Below are positions 18,328-28,081 of a DNA stretch of 64,000 nucleotides, piece after piece. The notes below the pieces were generated by a model. That model was not told the DNA's origin and searched no databases. It saw only the letters and a program-made list of their open reading frames with translations. The position numbers were made by a program, and so were the translations under genes. Origin of the DNA: Candidatus Eremiobacteria bacterium (lineage in GTDB: Bacteria; Vulcanimicrobiota; Vulcanimicrobiia; Vulcanimicrobiales; Vulcanimicrobiaceae); assembly GCA_963737065.1 (NCBI GenBank), contig CAVTRC010000001.1, positions 2,144,001 through 2,208,000 on the forward strand. Reading direction: 5' to 3'. Position 1 is the stretch's first letter, and every line of letters begins with the position of its first letter.

Positions 18328-19696
18328 ATGAGCGTTTCCCATCTTCACTCCGGCTCCATCGACCGTATTCCTCCGCATAACTTAGAAGCGGAGATGGCCT
18401 TGATCGGTTCAGTGCTCGTCGATCGCGAAATCATGAGCACGGTGGGCGAGATCGTTCGCCCGAGCGACTTCTACGCGCACGTGCACGAAACGATCTTCGC
18501 GGTGCTATTCGATCTGTTCGATCGAGGCGAGCCGCTCGACAAAATCAGCGTTGCCGAAGCGCTGCGCACTCGCGATGCGCTAGAGCGCGTGGGCGGGCTG
18601 TCCTATTTGAGTTCGCTCATGGATACCGTGCAGACGGCCGCGTCGGCGAAGTACTACGCGACGATCGTGCGCGAGAAGGCCGTGCTGCGTTCGCTGATCC
18701 ACGCCGGCACCCAGATCACCCAACTGGGTTACGAAGCCGAAGAAGACGTCGATGCGGCGCTCGACCAATCCGAGCAAATGATTTACTCGATCGGCGAGCG
18801 TCAACTCTCCGGGCGAGTTTGTCCCGGTCAATCGCTTGATGAAGGAGACGTTCGACTATATGGACCGGCTCTTCCACATGCGTGGAGAGCAGACGGGCCT
18901 GACGTCGGGCTTCCGCGACATCGACGCGATGACGACCGGGTTTCAGCCGGGAAATTTCATTATTGTCGCCGCGCGGCCGGGTATGGGGAAAACGTCGTTT
19001 GCACTCAACATGGCGGTTGCCGCGGCAGAGCGCAACGAACCAATTGCGTTCTTCTCGCTCGAAATGTCGAACAACGAACTCGTGCAGCGCCTCATCTGCG
19101 CGGAGGCGCGGCTCTCGATGCACGACATGCGCCGCGGTAACATTAAAGCGCATCAGTGGGAAGATATAGCTCGCGCAATGGGACGCCTCAACGAACTGCC
19201 GATCTATTTAGATGATGCCGGCGGTTTGAGCGTCACGGAAGTCCGCAGCCGCTGCCGCCGTTTGAAATCCACGAGCGGCCTCGGCGCCGTGTTCATCGAT
19301 TACTTGCAGTTGTTGCGCCCGGGCGTCCTTTCAAAAAATGTAAACCGCAACGAAGAACTTTCGGAAATTTGCCGCACGTTGAAGGTTACGGCGAAAGATC
19401 TCGGCGTGCCGATCATCGCTCTCGCACAATTGAACCGTGGCGTCGAATCGCGCAACGACAAACGCCCAATGCTCGCGGATCTGCGCGACTCCGGCTCGCT
19501 CGAACAAGAATCGGATATGGTATCGTTCCTTTTCCGCGAGGGCTATTACAACAAAGAAGCGTCCGAACCGGACGTGACGGAGTTCATCATCGCGAAGCAT
19601 CGCAACGGGCCGACCGGCACCGTTCGTCTGCGCTTCCAGGAGCAGTTCACCCTTTTCGTGCCGTACGCGGACGAATCGCATTTCCCCCCGGCCTAG
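18328..19696 (+). CDS. dnaB: replicative DNA helicase, with one frameshift (extra G at 18811-18813, probable sequencing error)
   Basis: PPHNLEAE N-terminus, AARPGMGKT, FIDYLQL, LRDSGSLEQ, IAKHRNGPTG. Removing one G restores ...QLSGEFVPVNRLMKE. Confidence 0.93.
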
Positions 19697-19705
19697 ACGC
19701 GACCG

Positions 19706-20110
19706 TTATTCTTCGTCGTCGCGCAACTGTTCGAAGAATTCGGCTGCCGTGTCGCGTAGTACGTCGAGCAGCCGCCCGAAGTGCGGCCGAACTTCATCCG
19801 CTTCGTTCACACACAGCTCGATCGTGAACAGCACATCGCGCTCCTCTTCCCACAGTGCGGTTTTGACAAACTTCTTGCGTACGTTCAAGACGTTCGCCAC
19901 ATCGAGGGCATCGAAAATCTCGATCTCGGACGGTAGCGCCCATCCCGAACCGACCATCATGAAATTCGGGTCGTCGCGATACGACACGACGAAATACCGG
20001 TCGCCTTCACTCTTGAATGCAACGCGATACGCGTCGTCGTCATCATCTCTTGTAAAGTACAGGCCTTCGTCGTCGAGAGCGGCCTCAATCGGCGTTAACG
20101 GATCGCTCAC
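19706..20110 (-). CDS. YbjN / type III chaperone-like domain protein
   Basis: Acidic ~134 aa, ALDVANVLNVRKKFVK pattern; GTGA overlap. Confidence 0.6.
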   Translation of the reverse strand: MSDPLTPIEAALDDEGLYFTRDDDDDAYRVAFKSEGDRYFVVSYRDDPNFMMVGSGWALPSEIEIFDALDVANVLNVRKKFVKTALWEEERDVLFTIELCVNEADEVRPHFGRLLDVLRDTAAEFFEQLRDDEE

Positions 20111-20574
20111 CGCCCACCGAGCATGAACGAATTGATGAATTTGTCTGCAGCCGCTTTGCTTTCCGTGCGGTCGACGATCCGTTCGATCGCGCTCGCTCCC
20201 GCTTCGCGTACGCGTCCGACGGTTTCCCAAAACGATCGCGTAAACGCCTCGGGAGATCCGGCCTCTTCTTGCGCTGTTGCAACGAACAGTCCGCCGTCAT
20301 GCGCCATGATAAAGCTGATGTCCGGATGATCCTCGTTGACGCGCTCCAGCGTGTCCGCATTCTGCGTGCGTTCGCGCGCCCAGTCGGGAACTTCGTATGC
20401 CGTCGAGATCATGTACGATCCGGGATCACTCTCATATGTCGTGACGGAAAAGACTTGGCCGCGCGTGCGAAATAAGATCTCCGTGATTCCCGCGTCGGAA
20501 TCCACCGGCGACACGTCGACTTTGTGACCCTCGCTCTCGATGAATTGCGAAACGAGATCACGTACGAGCGGCAT
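20107..20574 (-). CDS. hypothetical protein, possibly YbjN-like fold
   Basis: Acidic 155 aa with similar layout; coupled to its neighbours. Confidence 0.55.
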   Translation of the reverse strand: MPLVRDLVSQFIESEGHKVDVSPVDSDAGITEILFRTRGQVFSVTTYESDPGSYMISTAYEVPDWARERTQNADTLERVNEDHPDISFIMAHDGGLFVATAQEEAGSPEAFTRSFWETVGRVREAGASAIERIVDRTESKAAADKFINSFMLGGR

Positions 20575-21079
20575 CGATTCTTTCTTCCATGTAGCTGCGC
20601 GAGAGATGGACGTACTCTTCGGCAGCAATCTCGATCCAGGTTTTCGCCTGTCCTTCGATGGGCTTCTTTACCTTCGCCGGTGCGCCGGCCGCTAAGACGT
20701 GATCCGGGATCTCCACGTTCTCGCCCACCACGCTGCCTGCTGCGACGAGCGATCCTTCGCCGACGATACTGCCGTTGAGGAGGACGGCGTTGCTGCCGAT
20801 GAGCGCATGGCGCTTCACGTGGCAGTCTTCCATCACGGCGGCGTGGCCAACCGTAACGTCGTCTTCGAGTCGCGTTAGGTGCGTCACGTGGAGGACCGCA
20901 TTATCTTGAATCGACGTCCGTGCACCGACGCGGATCGGCCCGTTGTCTCCGCGAAGCACCGCCCCGAACCAGATGCTGGATTCTTCGCCGACCTCCACAT
21001 CACCGATGAGCACGGCGTTCGGCGCGATGAACGCCGTTGGGTGGACTTTGGGCGTTTTTCCGCGGTAACTGATGATCAT
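20558..21079 (-). CDS. gamma carbonic anhydrase family protein
   Basis: PKVHPTAFIAP.A.LIGDV, IWFGAVLRGD, IQDNAVLH, VGH hexapeptide repeats. Confidence 0.93.
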   Translation of the reverse strand: MIISYRGKTPKVHPTAFIAPNAVLIGDVEVGEESSIWFGAVLRGDNGPIRVGARTSIQDNAVLHVTHLTRLEDDVTVGHAAVMEDCHVKRHALIGSNAVLLNGSIVGEGSLVAAGSVVGENVEIPDHVLAAGAPAKVKKPIEGQAKTWIEIAAEEYVHLSRSYMEERIDAART

Positions 21080-21097
21080 GTGTGGAAAGCTTACGCC

Positions 21098-21346
21098 ATG
21101 CATCGGCACAACACCCCGCTGCGAGGCGTGAAAGCGACTCCCAAGCCGGCGCCCGGCAACCCCAATTACTCTGAAGTCAATTACCGTTATGCGGGCGTCG
21201 TAGGACACATCCACGAGGTTGTCGAGATCGACGGCAAGCAGCTTGCGAAAGTCGGCTTCAACGACAGAAAAATCGTCTATTACTTTTTAGACGATTTGGA
21301 ACTCGATCGAAACGCGAAACGCGGAACGTTTCACGACGTAGAGTAG
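21098..21346 (+). CDS. small hypothetical protein (start uncertain)
   Basis: Protein-like YAGVVGHIHEVVEIDGKQLAKVGFNDRKIVYYFLDDL; fills the gap. Confidence 0.55.
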   Translation: MHRHNTPLRGVKATPKPAPGNPNYSEVNYRYAGVVGHIHEVVEIDGKQLAKVGFNDRKIVYYFLDDLELDRNAKRGTFHDVE

Positions 21347-21414
21347 ATTCATCTACCCGTCATTCGACGGTGCTACGCTGCGGTGCGTAGCCAATTCCCT
21401 CCTGTGAGGTCCGC

Positions 21415-22326
21415 ATGCCGATCGTTCCCGCTACCATCGCGCAGCCGGTAAATCCCGGTGGCGGATTTGATTACGTCGCCGTCGATTCAGCACGGCGTCG
21501 CGTCTATGCCGCACATCCCGGCGGCGGCGGTTTGCTCGTTGCGGACGGCGACACGGGAAATGTCCTCGGCATCGTGCAGGTCGGGCCGATGGCCGGTGTT
21601 GCGGTCAACGAAGCAACGGGCCACGTGTACACCGGAAATGGCGACGGCAGAAGCGTGAGCGAAGTTGATCCCGATTCACAGCAAATTTTGCGAACCGTCG
21701 TCGTGACCGGACCGGTCGACGCCATTCAATACGATCCGGTCCTCGATCGCATATACGCCGATGAAGACGACGGCACGAAAATGTGGGTAATCGACGCGAA
21801 GTCGTTCAAAATTCTTGCGACCGTTGCGCTGCCGGGACATAAGCCGGAGTATCTCCAAGTCGATCCCCAGACGCACAACGTGTATCAGAATATTGCGAGC
21901 GACGCGGAAGTAGCGATCGTTGACGCGAAGTCGCTAAAGGTCTCGAAAGTGTTCAAGACGCCGCAATTGCAGAACAACCATCCGCTGCAATACGACGCGC
22001 AAGACCACGCGATTCTGGTTGGCGGTGAGAACAACACGCTTGCGGTGTATTCCACGTCGGGAGCATTACTGTACAAAACGACGCTGCCAGGGCGGGTGGA
22101 TCAATGCGACTGGGATCAGTCGCATGGTTGGCTTGCATGCGCGGGCGGCGGCATCAAGCTCTTTTCGTTCGATGGAAAGTCAGCGCCGAAGCTGCTCGAT
22201 AGTCATGATATCGATCCTGCCGTCCACACGACCGCAATCGATCCGAAGACCGGCACGATCTGGGTCGTGTGGGGCAGCCGGACGTCGAACGAGGCGTACA
22301 TCCAAGGCTTCACTTATAAGCCGTGA
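21415..22326 (+). CDS. YncE/YVTN beta-propeller protein
   Basis: GGFDYVAVDS..RRVY; repeated D-P-x-T-H/G blades. Confidence 0.82.
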   Translation: MPIVPATIAQPVNPGGGFDYVAVDSARRRVYAAHPGGGGLLVADGDTGNVLGIVQVGPMAGVAVNEATGHVYTGNGDGRSVSEVDPDSQQILRTVVVTGPVDAIQYDPVLDRIYADEDDGTKMWVIDAKSFKILATVALPGHKPEYLQVDPQTHNVYQNIASDAEVAIVDAKSLKVSKVFKTPQLQNNHPLQYDAQDHAILVGGENNTLAVYSTSGALLYKTTLPGRVDQCDWDQSHGWLACAGGGIKLFSFDGKSAPKLLDSHDIDPAVHTTAIDPKTGTIWVVWGSRTSNEAYIQGFTYKP

Positions 22327-22508
22327 ACGGCGAAGTCGCGGCGAGCATGCGCGACGACCGTGGCGATGACTTTGGGCTGAGCAGCGTGAGCGTAAATGTG
22401 CGCGGGAGGCGGCGACGCAGGGTTGGTCTCGCTGACCGTTGCAAGGAGGGTGGTTCCCATGAACACGATCACCGCCGAAGCGAGCAGACTGGAGCCGAAC
22501 CGGATCAT
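22314..22508 (-). CDS. small secreted or membrane peptide (64 aa)
   Basis: Hydrophobic N-terminus, GAGAAAGG RBS, own sigma70 promoter. Confidence 0.55.
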   Translation of the reverse strand: MIRFGSSLLASAVIVFMGTTLLATVSETNPASPPPAHIYAHAAQPKVIATVVAHARRDFAVHGL

Positions 22509-22515
22509 CTGAGGC

Positions 22516-22597
22516 CTTTCTCTTAATCAATTAGTTGGTGTCTGTATTCACCCTACTCCCGTGTCAGCGCAATGTCAACTATTTAATTAAGAGAAAG
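22516..22597 (-). promoter_or_regulatory. sigma70 promoter bracketed by 22-bp inverted repeats
   Basis: Minus strand TTGACA(22578-22573)-N17-TAGGGT(22555-22550); IR arms 22516-22537 and 22576-22597 match 20/22. Confidence 0.65.
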
Positions 22598-22719
22598 ATT
22601 AAAGGAGCATGAGTCTCCAGACTCTGTAAAGGCGAGAGGGCCGCCGCCGAGACCGGAGAACCACGCTGCGCGACCCGCTTGTGCAACGTCAATGGAATCC
22701 GTTACGATGTGCAAATTAT

Positions 22720-22796
22720 GCCGACGTAGCTCAGTTGGTAGAGCAATTGTTTCGTAAACAATAGGTTCGCCGGTTCGAGTCCGGCCGTCGGCTCCA
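22720..22796 (+). tRNA. tRNA-Thr(CGT)
   Basis: GCCGACG/CGTCGGC acceptor stem, AGCTCAGTTGGTAGAGC D arm, ATTGT-TTCGTAA-ACAAT anticodon arm, GGTTCGAGTCC T arm, encoded CCA. Confidence 0.96.
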
Positions 22797-22799
22797 TTG

Positions 22800-22828
22800 A
22801 AAAACGCCCGCGAGTGCGGGCGTTTTTT
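22800..22828. terminator. bidirectional intrinsic terminator
   Basis: AAAAACGCCCGC-GAGT-GCGGGCGTTTTTT between convergent genes. Confidence 0.85.
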
Positions 22829-22852
22829 CACAAACGACTCGCGTGCGAAGCG

Positions 22853-23275
22853 CTATGCGCTCTGTTGAATTTTGACGCTGTTGTCGATGAGCGCGTACAG
22901 GTCGTTGTCTTCGCGATTCATCCGGTTTGCAAGCGTGGCGAAGACTCGTTTCCAGTCGTCGACAAACGCTTGTGGATCTTTCGAAATCGTGCCGATCGCA
23001 CTCCAGGTTTTAAAGAACTCCTCGATCGCGGCCGAGAGGTTGCCCATCTCTTTTTGAAAATGCTCTGCCTTCTCGCGAACGGCGGCATCCGGGTGCTTCA
23101 TCATTGCCGGATAGAGATACGTATCTTCCATGACCAGATGTGCGCGCAGCGTTCCAATGAACTTGATCAAAAGTCCGCGCACCTGCGTCTCCGCGACGGC
23201 GGCTGCGGAGGTTGGAATGTCTGCGACAAGTGCGCGAAGCGTTTCGTGTTGCCGGCGATACCGTTCGGTTTGCAT
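22853..23275 (-). CDS. hemerythrin domain protein
   Basis: QH..L, LRAHLVMEDTYLYP, RMNREDNDLY motifs. Confidence 0.85.
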   Translation of the reverse strand: MQTERYRRQHETLRALVADIPTSAAAVAETQVRGLLIKFIGTLRAHLVMEDTYLYPAMMKHPDAAVREKAEHFQKEMGNLSAAIEEFFKTWSAIGTISKDPQAFVDDWKRVFATLANRMNREDNDLYALIDNSVKIQQSA

Positions 23276-23393
23276 ATCCGGTCCCCATGGAAAGTCAAGA
23301 AGAAATCGGTGCGCATGCACGTACACCTGCCATACTTATCGTCGTACGGCGTAGGCGATTTGAGCAGCAGGGTACGCCGACCGGCCGCTTGCC

Positions 23394-24023
23394 CTATTGC
23401 GCGGACTCCAGAACGGCTTGCATGACGGGGAGCGCGCCGCGCGCGATCAACGCGTAGCCGCGGTCGGAAGGATGAAACTGATCTTCCGAAAGGTACCGCA
23501 AGACGTGGCCGTCAGCGAAGTTGGTGATGCGAAACAAATCGATGAAGACCGCTTGATGCCTTTCCGCTTGTTCGCGCATCACTTTACTCAACAGCTCGCA
23601 CGTCGACGCGATGAACGACTTTACTTCGTTCGGAACATGCGGCGTCATCGCGATGTTCGGAAGACCCGTCGCGAACAGTCGGGCGAGCGGCGCGGTAGCG
23701 CGAATCCGCCCCAGTAGGCGTCCAAAGTGGTCGGCGAAACTTGCCGGATCGTTGATGGTCACGATGTCGTTCGCGCCAACAACGAGCACAATCGTATCAA
23801 CGTGCGACGGAATGTGAGGGACTTGAAAGGTCGCGACTTCGTTCATCGTCGCTCCCGGCACACTGAGATTCGTGAACGAATGCTCCGCCGCATGACGCGA
23901 GAGCGTCCGGTAGAGCGTTTGTGTGAAGCCTTTCGACGGTGAGGACGCCCCCGTTCCGTAGCCGAGACTATCCCCGAGAACAGCAACGTGGAGGGTTAAA
24001 ACGTTCCCGTGTAGATCGCGCAT
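23394..24023 (-). CDS. SGNH/GDSL hydrolase
   Basis: LGDSLGYG, VGAND, DQFHPS motifs; start uncertain. Confidence 0.88.
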   Translation of the reverse strand: MRDLHGNVLTLHVAVLGDSLGYGTGASSPSKGFTQTLYRTLSRHAAEHSFTNLSVPGATMNEVATFQVPHIPSHVDTIVLVVGANDIVTINDPASFADHFGRLLGRIRATAPLARLFATGLPNIAMTPHVPNEVKSFIASTCELLSKVMREQAERHQAVFIDLFRITNFADGHVLRYLSEDQFHPSDRGYALIARGALPVMQAVLESAQ

Positions 24024-24985
24024 GATTGACAGATTTCCGGCGGTTGGCCAGATGCGAGTTGTGCGCGGAAGCGCTGATAGCGGGGACCATTCCACGTGTG
24101 TGCGAACGGCTCGTCGCGGACATTACCGAAGTTCAGCCGGTCGGGTGTTGATATCATACAGCACGGCATGATGTCGCCGCGATAACTGAAATATGCGCCG
24201 GTGCTCGGCCAGCCGCACCCGCGCGGATCGCGCGGCGGACGTTCGTCGAGCTTCGGCAGGCGCAACTTCATGCCGTGCGATTCTGCCGCGCGGCGCGCTG
24301 CGGAAAACGCCTGCTCTACGCGTTCTGGATCCTCGTGAAGAAGCGTTTGTTGATCGACGAATTCGCGCATCGGCCGGTAGTGCGCGGGCAACGATGCTTC
24401 GCCGAAATCGTGACACAGGTGCTGCACGCTGACGGCGTCGACGCCGAACTCGGCGGCTTGCGCAACCAGCTGGGCAAGTTCTTCGACATTCTCTCGCATC
24501 GCAACCGCAACGATCTCCACATACGGAGTACGTGATTTGCGCGCGATTCGTTCCGCGAGCAAACGGCGCAGGTTGCGGATCGACTTCTCATAGTTTCCGC
24601 GTAGCCGTATGCGCTCGTACGTGTTCTTCGTTGCACCGTCGAGCGACGCGTGCAGCCGCGTAAGACCGCTCAGCACGCATGTCGCCGCAGTCTTCGGCGT
24701 GATAAAGGAGAGATTGGTATTGACGGACACATTGATACGGCGCGCGATCGCGTAGCGCACCATATCGAAGAAACGCGGGTGCATCAACGGTTCGCCGAGT
24801 CCTTGAAGTTGAATCTCGCCCAAGTCCGGGAACTCGTCGACGATGCGGGTGAAGAGATCGAACTCCATGAACGCCGGAGGGCCATTGGGCCGTCCGTCGC
24901 GACGAAACTGGATCGGGCACATTCTACAGCGAAAATTACATTCGCCGACCGGCTCGATTTGGATGAAACGAGGCAAGGCGACCAT
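23996..24985 (-). CDS. radical SAM protein with SPASM/twitch domain
   Basis: CNFRCRMC, GLGEPLMHP; C-terminal C..P...GDIMPCC...FGNV...CQSC. Confidence 0.9.
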   Translation of the reverse strand: MVALPRFIQIEPVGECNFRCRMCPIQFRRDGRPNGPPAFMEFDLFTRIVDEFPDLGEIQLQGLGEPLMHPRFFDMVRYAIARRINVSVNTNLSFITPKTAATCVLSGLTRLHASLDGATKNTYERIRLRGNYEKSIRNLRRLLAERIARKSRTPYVEIVAVAMRENVEELAQLVAQAAEFGVDAVSVQHLCHDFGEASLPAHYRPMREFVDQQTLLHEDPERVEQAFSAARRAAESHGMKLRLPKLDERPPRDPRGCGWPSTGAYFSYRGDIMPCCMISTPDRLNFGNVRDEPFAHTWNGPRYQRFRAQLASGQPPEICQSCAIYTGTF

Positions 24986-25017
24986 GCCACGCTTGTACCC
25001 GCTTTGGGCGAACGTGC

Positions 25018-25488
25018 CTACGTTTGTCGGGGAACGAACCGGAGCGCGAGGCCGTCGATGCAATAACGTAGATGTGTAGGCGCGGGTCCGTCATCGAATA
25101 TATGCCCAAGATGGCCGCCACATCGCTTGCAATGCACTTCGGTTCTTGCCTCGAACGCTAACTCGTGATCCATTCTGGTCGACGTAACGTTCGGCAGGAC
25201 GTTCCAAAATGACGGCCATCCGTCGCCACTATCATATTTGGTTTGTGAACTAAAGACCGCTTGATCGCACCCCGCGCAGTAATACACGCCGGAACGCGTC
25301 TCCTTGATAAGCGCGCTCGAGAACGCGGGTTCCGTACCGTTTTCGCGCAAAATGTAGTAGCGGTCCGCACCAAGCTGCTTTCGCCATTCCGCATCGCTGT
25401 GCCGGACCGCATACGACGTATCCGCTCGCGCCGTCGCTGCGGCCGCTAAAACCGCGGCGACTGCGGCAACGAATTGCGCCCGGCGCAT
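25018..25488 (-). CDS. msrB: peptide-methionine (R)-S-oxide reductase with Tat-like signal peptide
   Basis: KYDSGDGWPSF, HLGHIFDDGP, RYCID; N-terminal [22 protein letters not shown]. Confidence 0.93.
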   Translation of the reverse strand: MRRAQFVAAVAAVLAAAATARADTSYAVRHSDAEWRKQLGADRYYILRENGTEPAFSSALIKETRSGVYYCAGCDQAVFSSQTKYDSGDGWPSFWNVLPNVTSTRMDHELAFEARTEVHCKRCGGHLGHIFDDGPAPTHLRYCIDGLALRFVPRQT

Positions 25489-25982
25489 TAGTCGGAAACC
25501 CCGCACGAAACGCCGTGCCGCGCGAAGTACCGCTGATGATACTCTTCCGCGCGATAAAACGGTGGTGCCGGCTCAATCTGCGTTGCAATGGGACGATCGA
25601 GTCGTTTTTGCTGCGCATCGCGCGATGCCGTCGCAAGCGTCTCTTGCGCGTGCGAATGCGTAAAAATTACCGAACGATACTGCGATCCGATATCCGGCCC
25701 TTGGCGATCCACGAGAGTCGGATCGTGAATCCTCCAGAACACGTCGAGCAGAACTTGATAAGTGACGTTCGATGGGTCGAACGTCAGCTGAACCGCTTCG
25801 GCATGACCCGTCGAGCCCGTGCATACGTCATGGTACGTCGGATTCTCGGTCGTTCCGCCGGTGTATCCGCACACGGCGGTAACGACCCCGGGAACCTGCG
25901 CGAACGCGGCTTCGACGCCCCAGAAGCAACCGGCGGCGAACGTCGCCTTTTCAGTAATCGTGCGCGTTTTCGCAGTACTCAT
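25488..25982 (-). CDS. msrA: peptide-methionine (S)-S-oxide reductase
   Basis: [25 protein letters not shown]. Confidence 0.96.
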   Translation of the reverse strand: MSTAKTRTITEKATFAAGCFWGVEAAFAQVPGVVTAVCGYTGGTTENPTYHDVCTGSTGHAEAVQLTFDPSNVTYQVLLDVFWRIHDPTLVDRQGPDIGSQYRSVIFTHSHAQETLATASRDAQQKRLDRPIATQIEPAPPFYRAEEYHQRYFARHGVSCGVSD

Positions 25983-26049
25983 ACACCTACTGTAACGCCG
26001 CTGGCGTCGTCTCGGATGCCGGTCTCAGCGACTGCCGTCACCCGGTCTG

Positions 26050-28032
26050 CTATGGACTCTCAACGTACGTATACTCGTGTTGTCCGTCGCGCGTGATGAG
26101 CGTGCGTTTGCCGTCCTTCATCGACGGTGTGAAGTCGAGCCCGATAATCCCCGGGCCGACGGTCATAAACGAGATGCTGCCGTCGGGATTTTTGCGCGTT
26201 GCGACGGGAGTGCCCCACATGCCGAATTGGAAGACGACGTTCGAGCCGTTCTTCTCGATCGTGAGATGCCCGAGCGAGGGATTGCTATAAGACGATGCCA
26301 GTTTATCAACGACCGTCTGCGATGGCGGCACGGTGAGGAGCTTGCGCAACGCCTGCGCGTCGGTTTCGTGATTTTTTGCGGCCGTTGCGAGATCCGTCGC
26401 GGCTTCCGGTTTTCCGTCGTAGAGCACTTCGAGCAATCGGCGCATAAACGGTCCGCGAAGGTAAACACCGCTGTCGGAGTTCGTCAAGATGACCGCGCCG
26501 ACGTCCGCGGCGGGAATCGCCATCCAATCGCTGTGATAACCGAACAAATCACCGCCATGGTGAATGACGCTGATGCCGTAACGGCGATCGTCCATCAATC
26601 CCATGCCGTACCATTGATCCTGCCCGACGGCGACGGTGTGCACGCGGCGTTGCAGCAAGTTCGTTTTCGACACCAGCCGTTTTCCGTCGGGTAAGACGCC
26701 TTCGGTCAGCTCGTCTTCGGCGTATTGAATCATATCGTGAGGAGTCGACCACGCCTCCCCCGCCGGTCGAAATGGAATCGAGATATCGTTCATCTTCTGG
26801 TCCAGCACGTGCGTGTCGCCGTCGATGTCTTGCCCGTGCGGACTCGCGTGGTCGGATGCCATCGCTTTCTTCATGTCAAACGTCGTTCGCGTCATTCCGA
26901 GCGGATCGAACACGAGCTGCTGCATCGCCTTGTCATACGCCGCGCCCATCGGCAGATTCGGGTACTCGATGTGCCCCGCAATGTAGCCGGCGGCGGACGC
27001 CATCGTATTGCTGTACTGGAAGAGTTCGCCGTACTTGCTCGTCGGCTCCGTATCTGCAAGCAACGTGAACGTATCTTCGGGGCCGGTACTTGCCGTCGTG
27101 CCGAGAATCCAGTCGTAATCTTTTCGCGGAACGCCCGTACACGCGCAGACCAAATCTTCGATGCGTACTTTTGCCGTCGTCGCGGGACTGCCGAGACGGA
27201 ACGAGGGATAGGCTTGTGTGACCGGTTCGTTCCACTGCAGTTTTCCTTGGTCTACAACGCGCGCCAGCATCAGCGTCGTGATGCCCTTGGTGTTCGATGC
27301 GATCATAAAGAGTGTGTTTTTGTCGACCGGTTCCGGACTGCCTAACGTGCGCACGCCAAGACCGCCTTCGAACACGATCTTGCCGTGATCGATCAGCGCG
27401 AGACCGACGCCGGGAACATGCAATTCCGCCATGCCGGTTTTCACGAACGTCAGCAGTTCGTTCACACGCTGGGGCGTCAGACGATGTGCGGTGCGTCCCG
27501 CAAACGTTTCTCGAACGTATCCCTCCGGTTGCATGCTCGCAACGAGCGTGCCAATAGCAGCATCGCGCTTCTCAAATGTCGACTCTGAGCCGTCGAGCAG
27601 AATGACCGTCCACTTCGCATCCTTGCGGTACGCATCAGCGACCAGTACGCGGTGTTCATCCGGGCCAGTAACATATGCGATTTCGGCGCGTTCATCCCAT
27701 CCGTTGATTGCCGGTTGCGGCTCGGAGACTTGAATCTTTCTATCGAATGATGGATCGAGTTGCTTCCATGCTCGCTCGATCGCATCTTTCGCGTCGCTCG
27801 CGGCGCCGACGTCGACGATGACCAAACGCACGTTGTTCTCGGGCGGCGTCAAAGTCGTCATCTTACCGGCCCGTTGTTCGCCCCAATCTTTTGGAGCGGT
27901 AAACGTCGCGCCAGAGATCGTTTGCTTCGTGTCGGCTGTCAAGACCGACGCCGCGGGTGACGCGCTTTGCGCAATCACGTGAAGCGGCGCGATCAGCGAA
28001 ACGATGGCGAGCATTAAAAGAACGCGCTTCAT
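26050..28032 (-). CDS. secreted serine hydrolase (beta-lactamase class C-like)
   Basis: SNTK, YSN, HHGG motifs; signal peptide. Confidence 0.88.
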   Translation of the reverse strand: MKRVLLMLAIVSLIAPLHVIAQSASPAASVLTADTKQTISGATFTAPKDWGEQRAGKMTTLTPPENNVRLVIVDVGAASDAKDAIERAWKQLDPSFDRKIQVSEPQPAINGWDERAEIAYVTGPDEHRVLVADAYRKDAKWTVILLDGSESTFEKRDAAIGTLVASMQPEGYVRETFAGRTAHRLTPQRVNELLTFVKTGMAELHVPGVGLALIDHGKIVFEGGLGVRTLGSPEPVDKNTLFMIASNTKGITTLMLARVVDQGKLQWNEPVTQAYPSFRLGSPATTAKVRIEDLVCACTGVPRKDYDWILGTTASTGPEDTFTLLADTEPTSKYGELFQYSNTMASAAGYIAGHIEYPNLPMGAAYDKAMQQLVFDPLGMTRTTFDMKKAMASDHASPHGQDIDGDTHVLDQKMNDISIPFRPAGEAWSTPHDMIQYAEDELTEGVLPDGKRLVSKTNLLQRRVHTVAVGQDQWYGMGLMDDRRYGISVIHHGGDLFGYHSDWMAIPAADVGAVILTNSDSGVYLRGPFMRRLLEVLYDGKPEAATDLATAAKNHETDAQALRKLLTVPPSQTVVDKLASSYSNPSLGHLTIEKNGSNVVFQFGMWGTPVATRKNPDGSISFMTVGPGIIGLDFTPSMKDGKRTLITRDGQHEYTYVESP

Positions 28033-28081
28033 ACTGGCCCTCCTCTTTGACTACGATAATACATCGGCTGCATCCCGGTTG

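Noticed and set aside
22720..22796. tRNA-Thr as an island attachment site
   Set aside because: No duplicated tRNA 3' end noticed and no adjacent integrase
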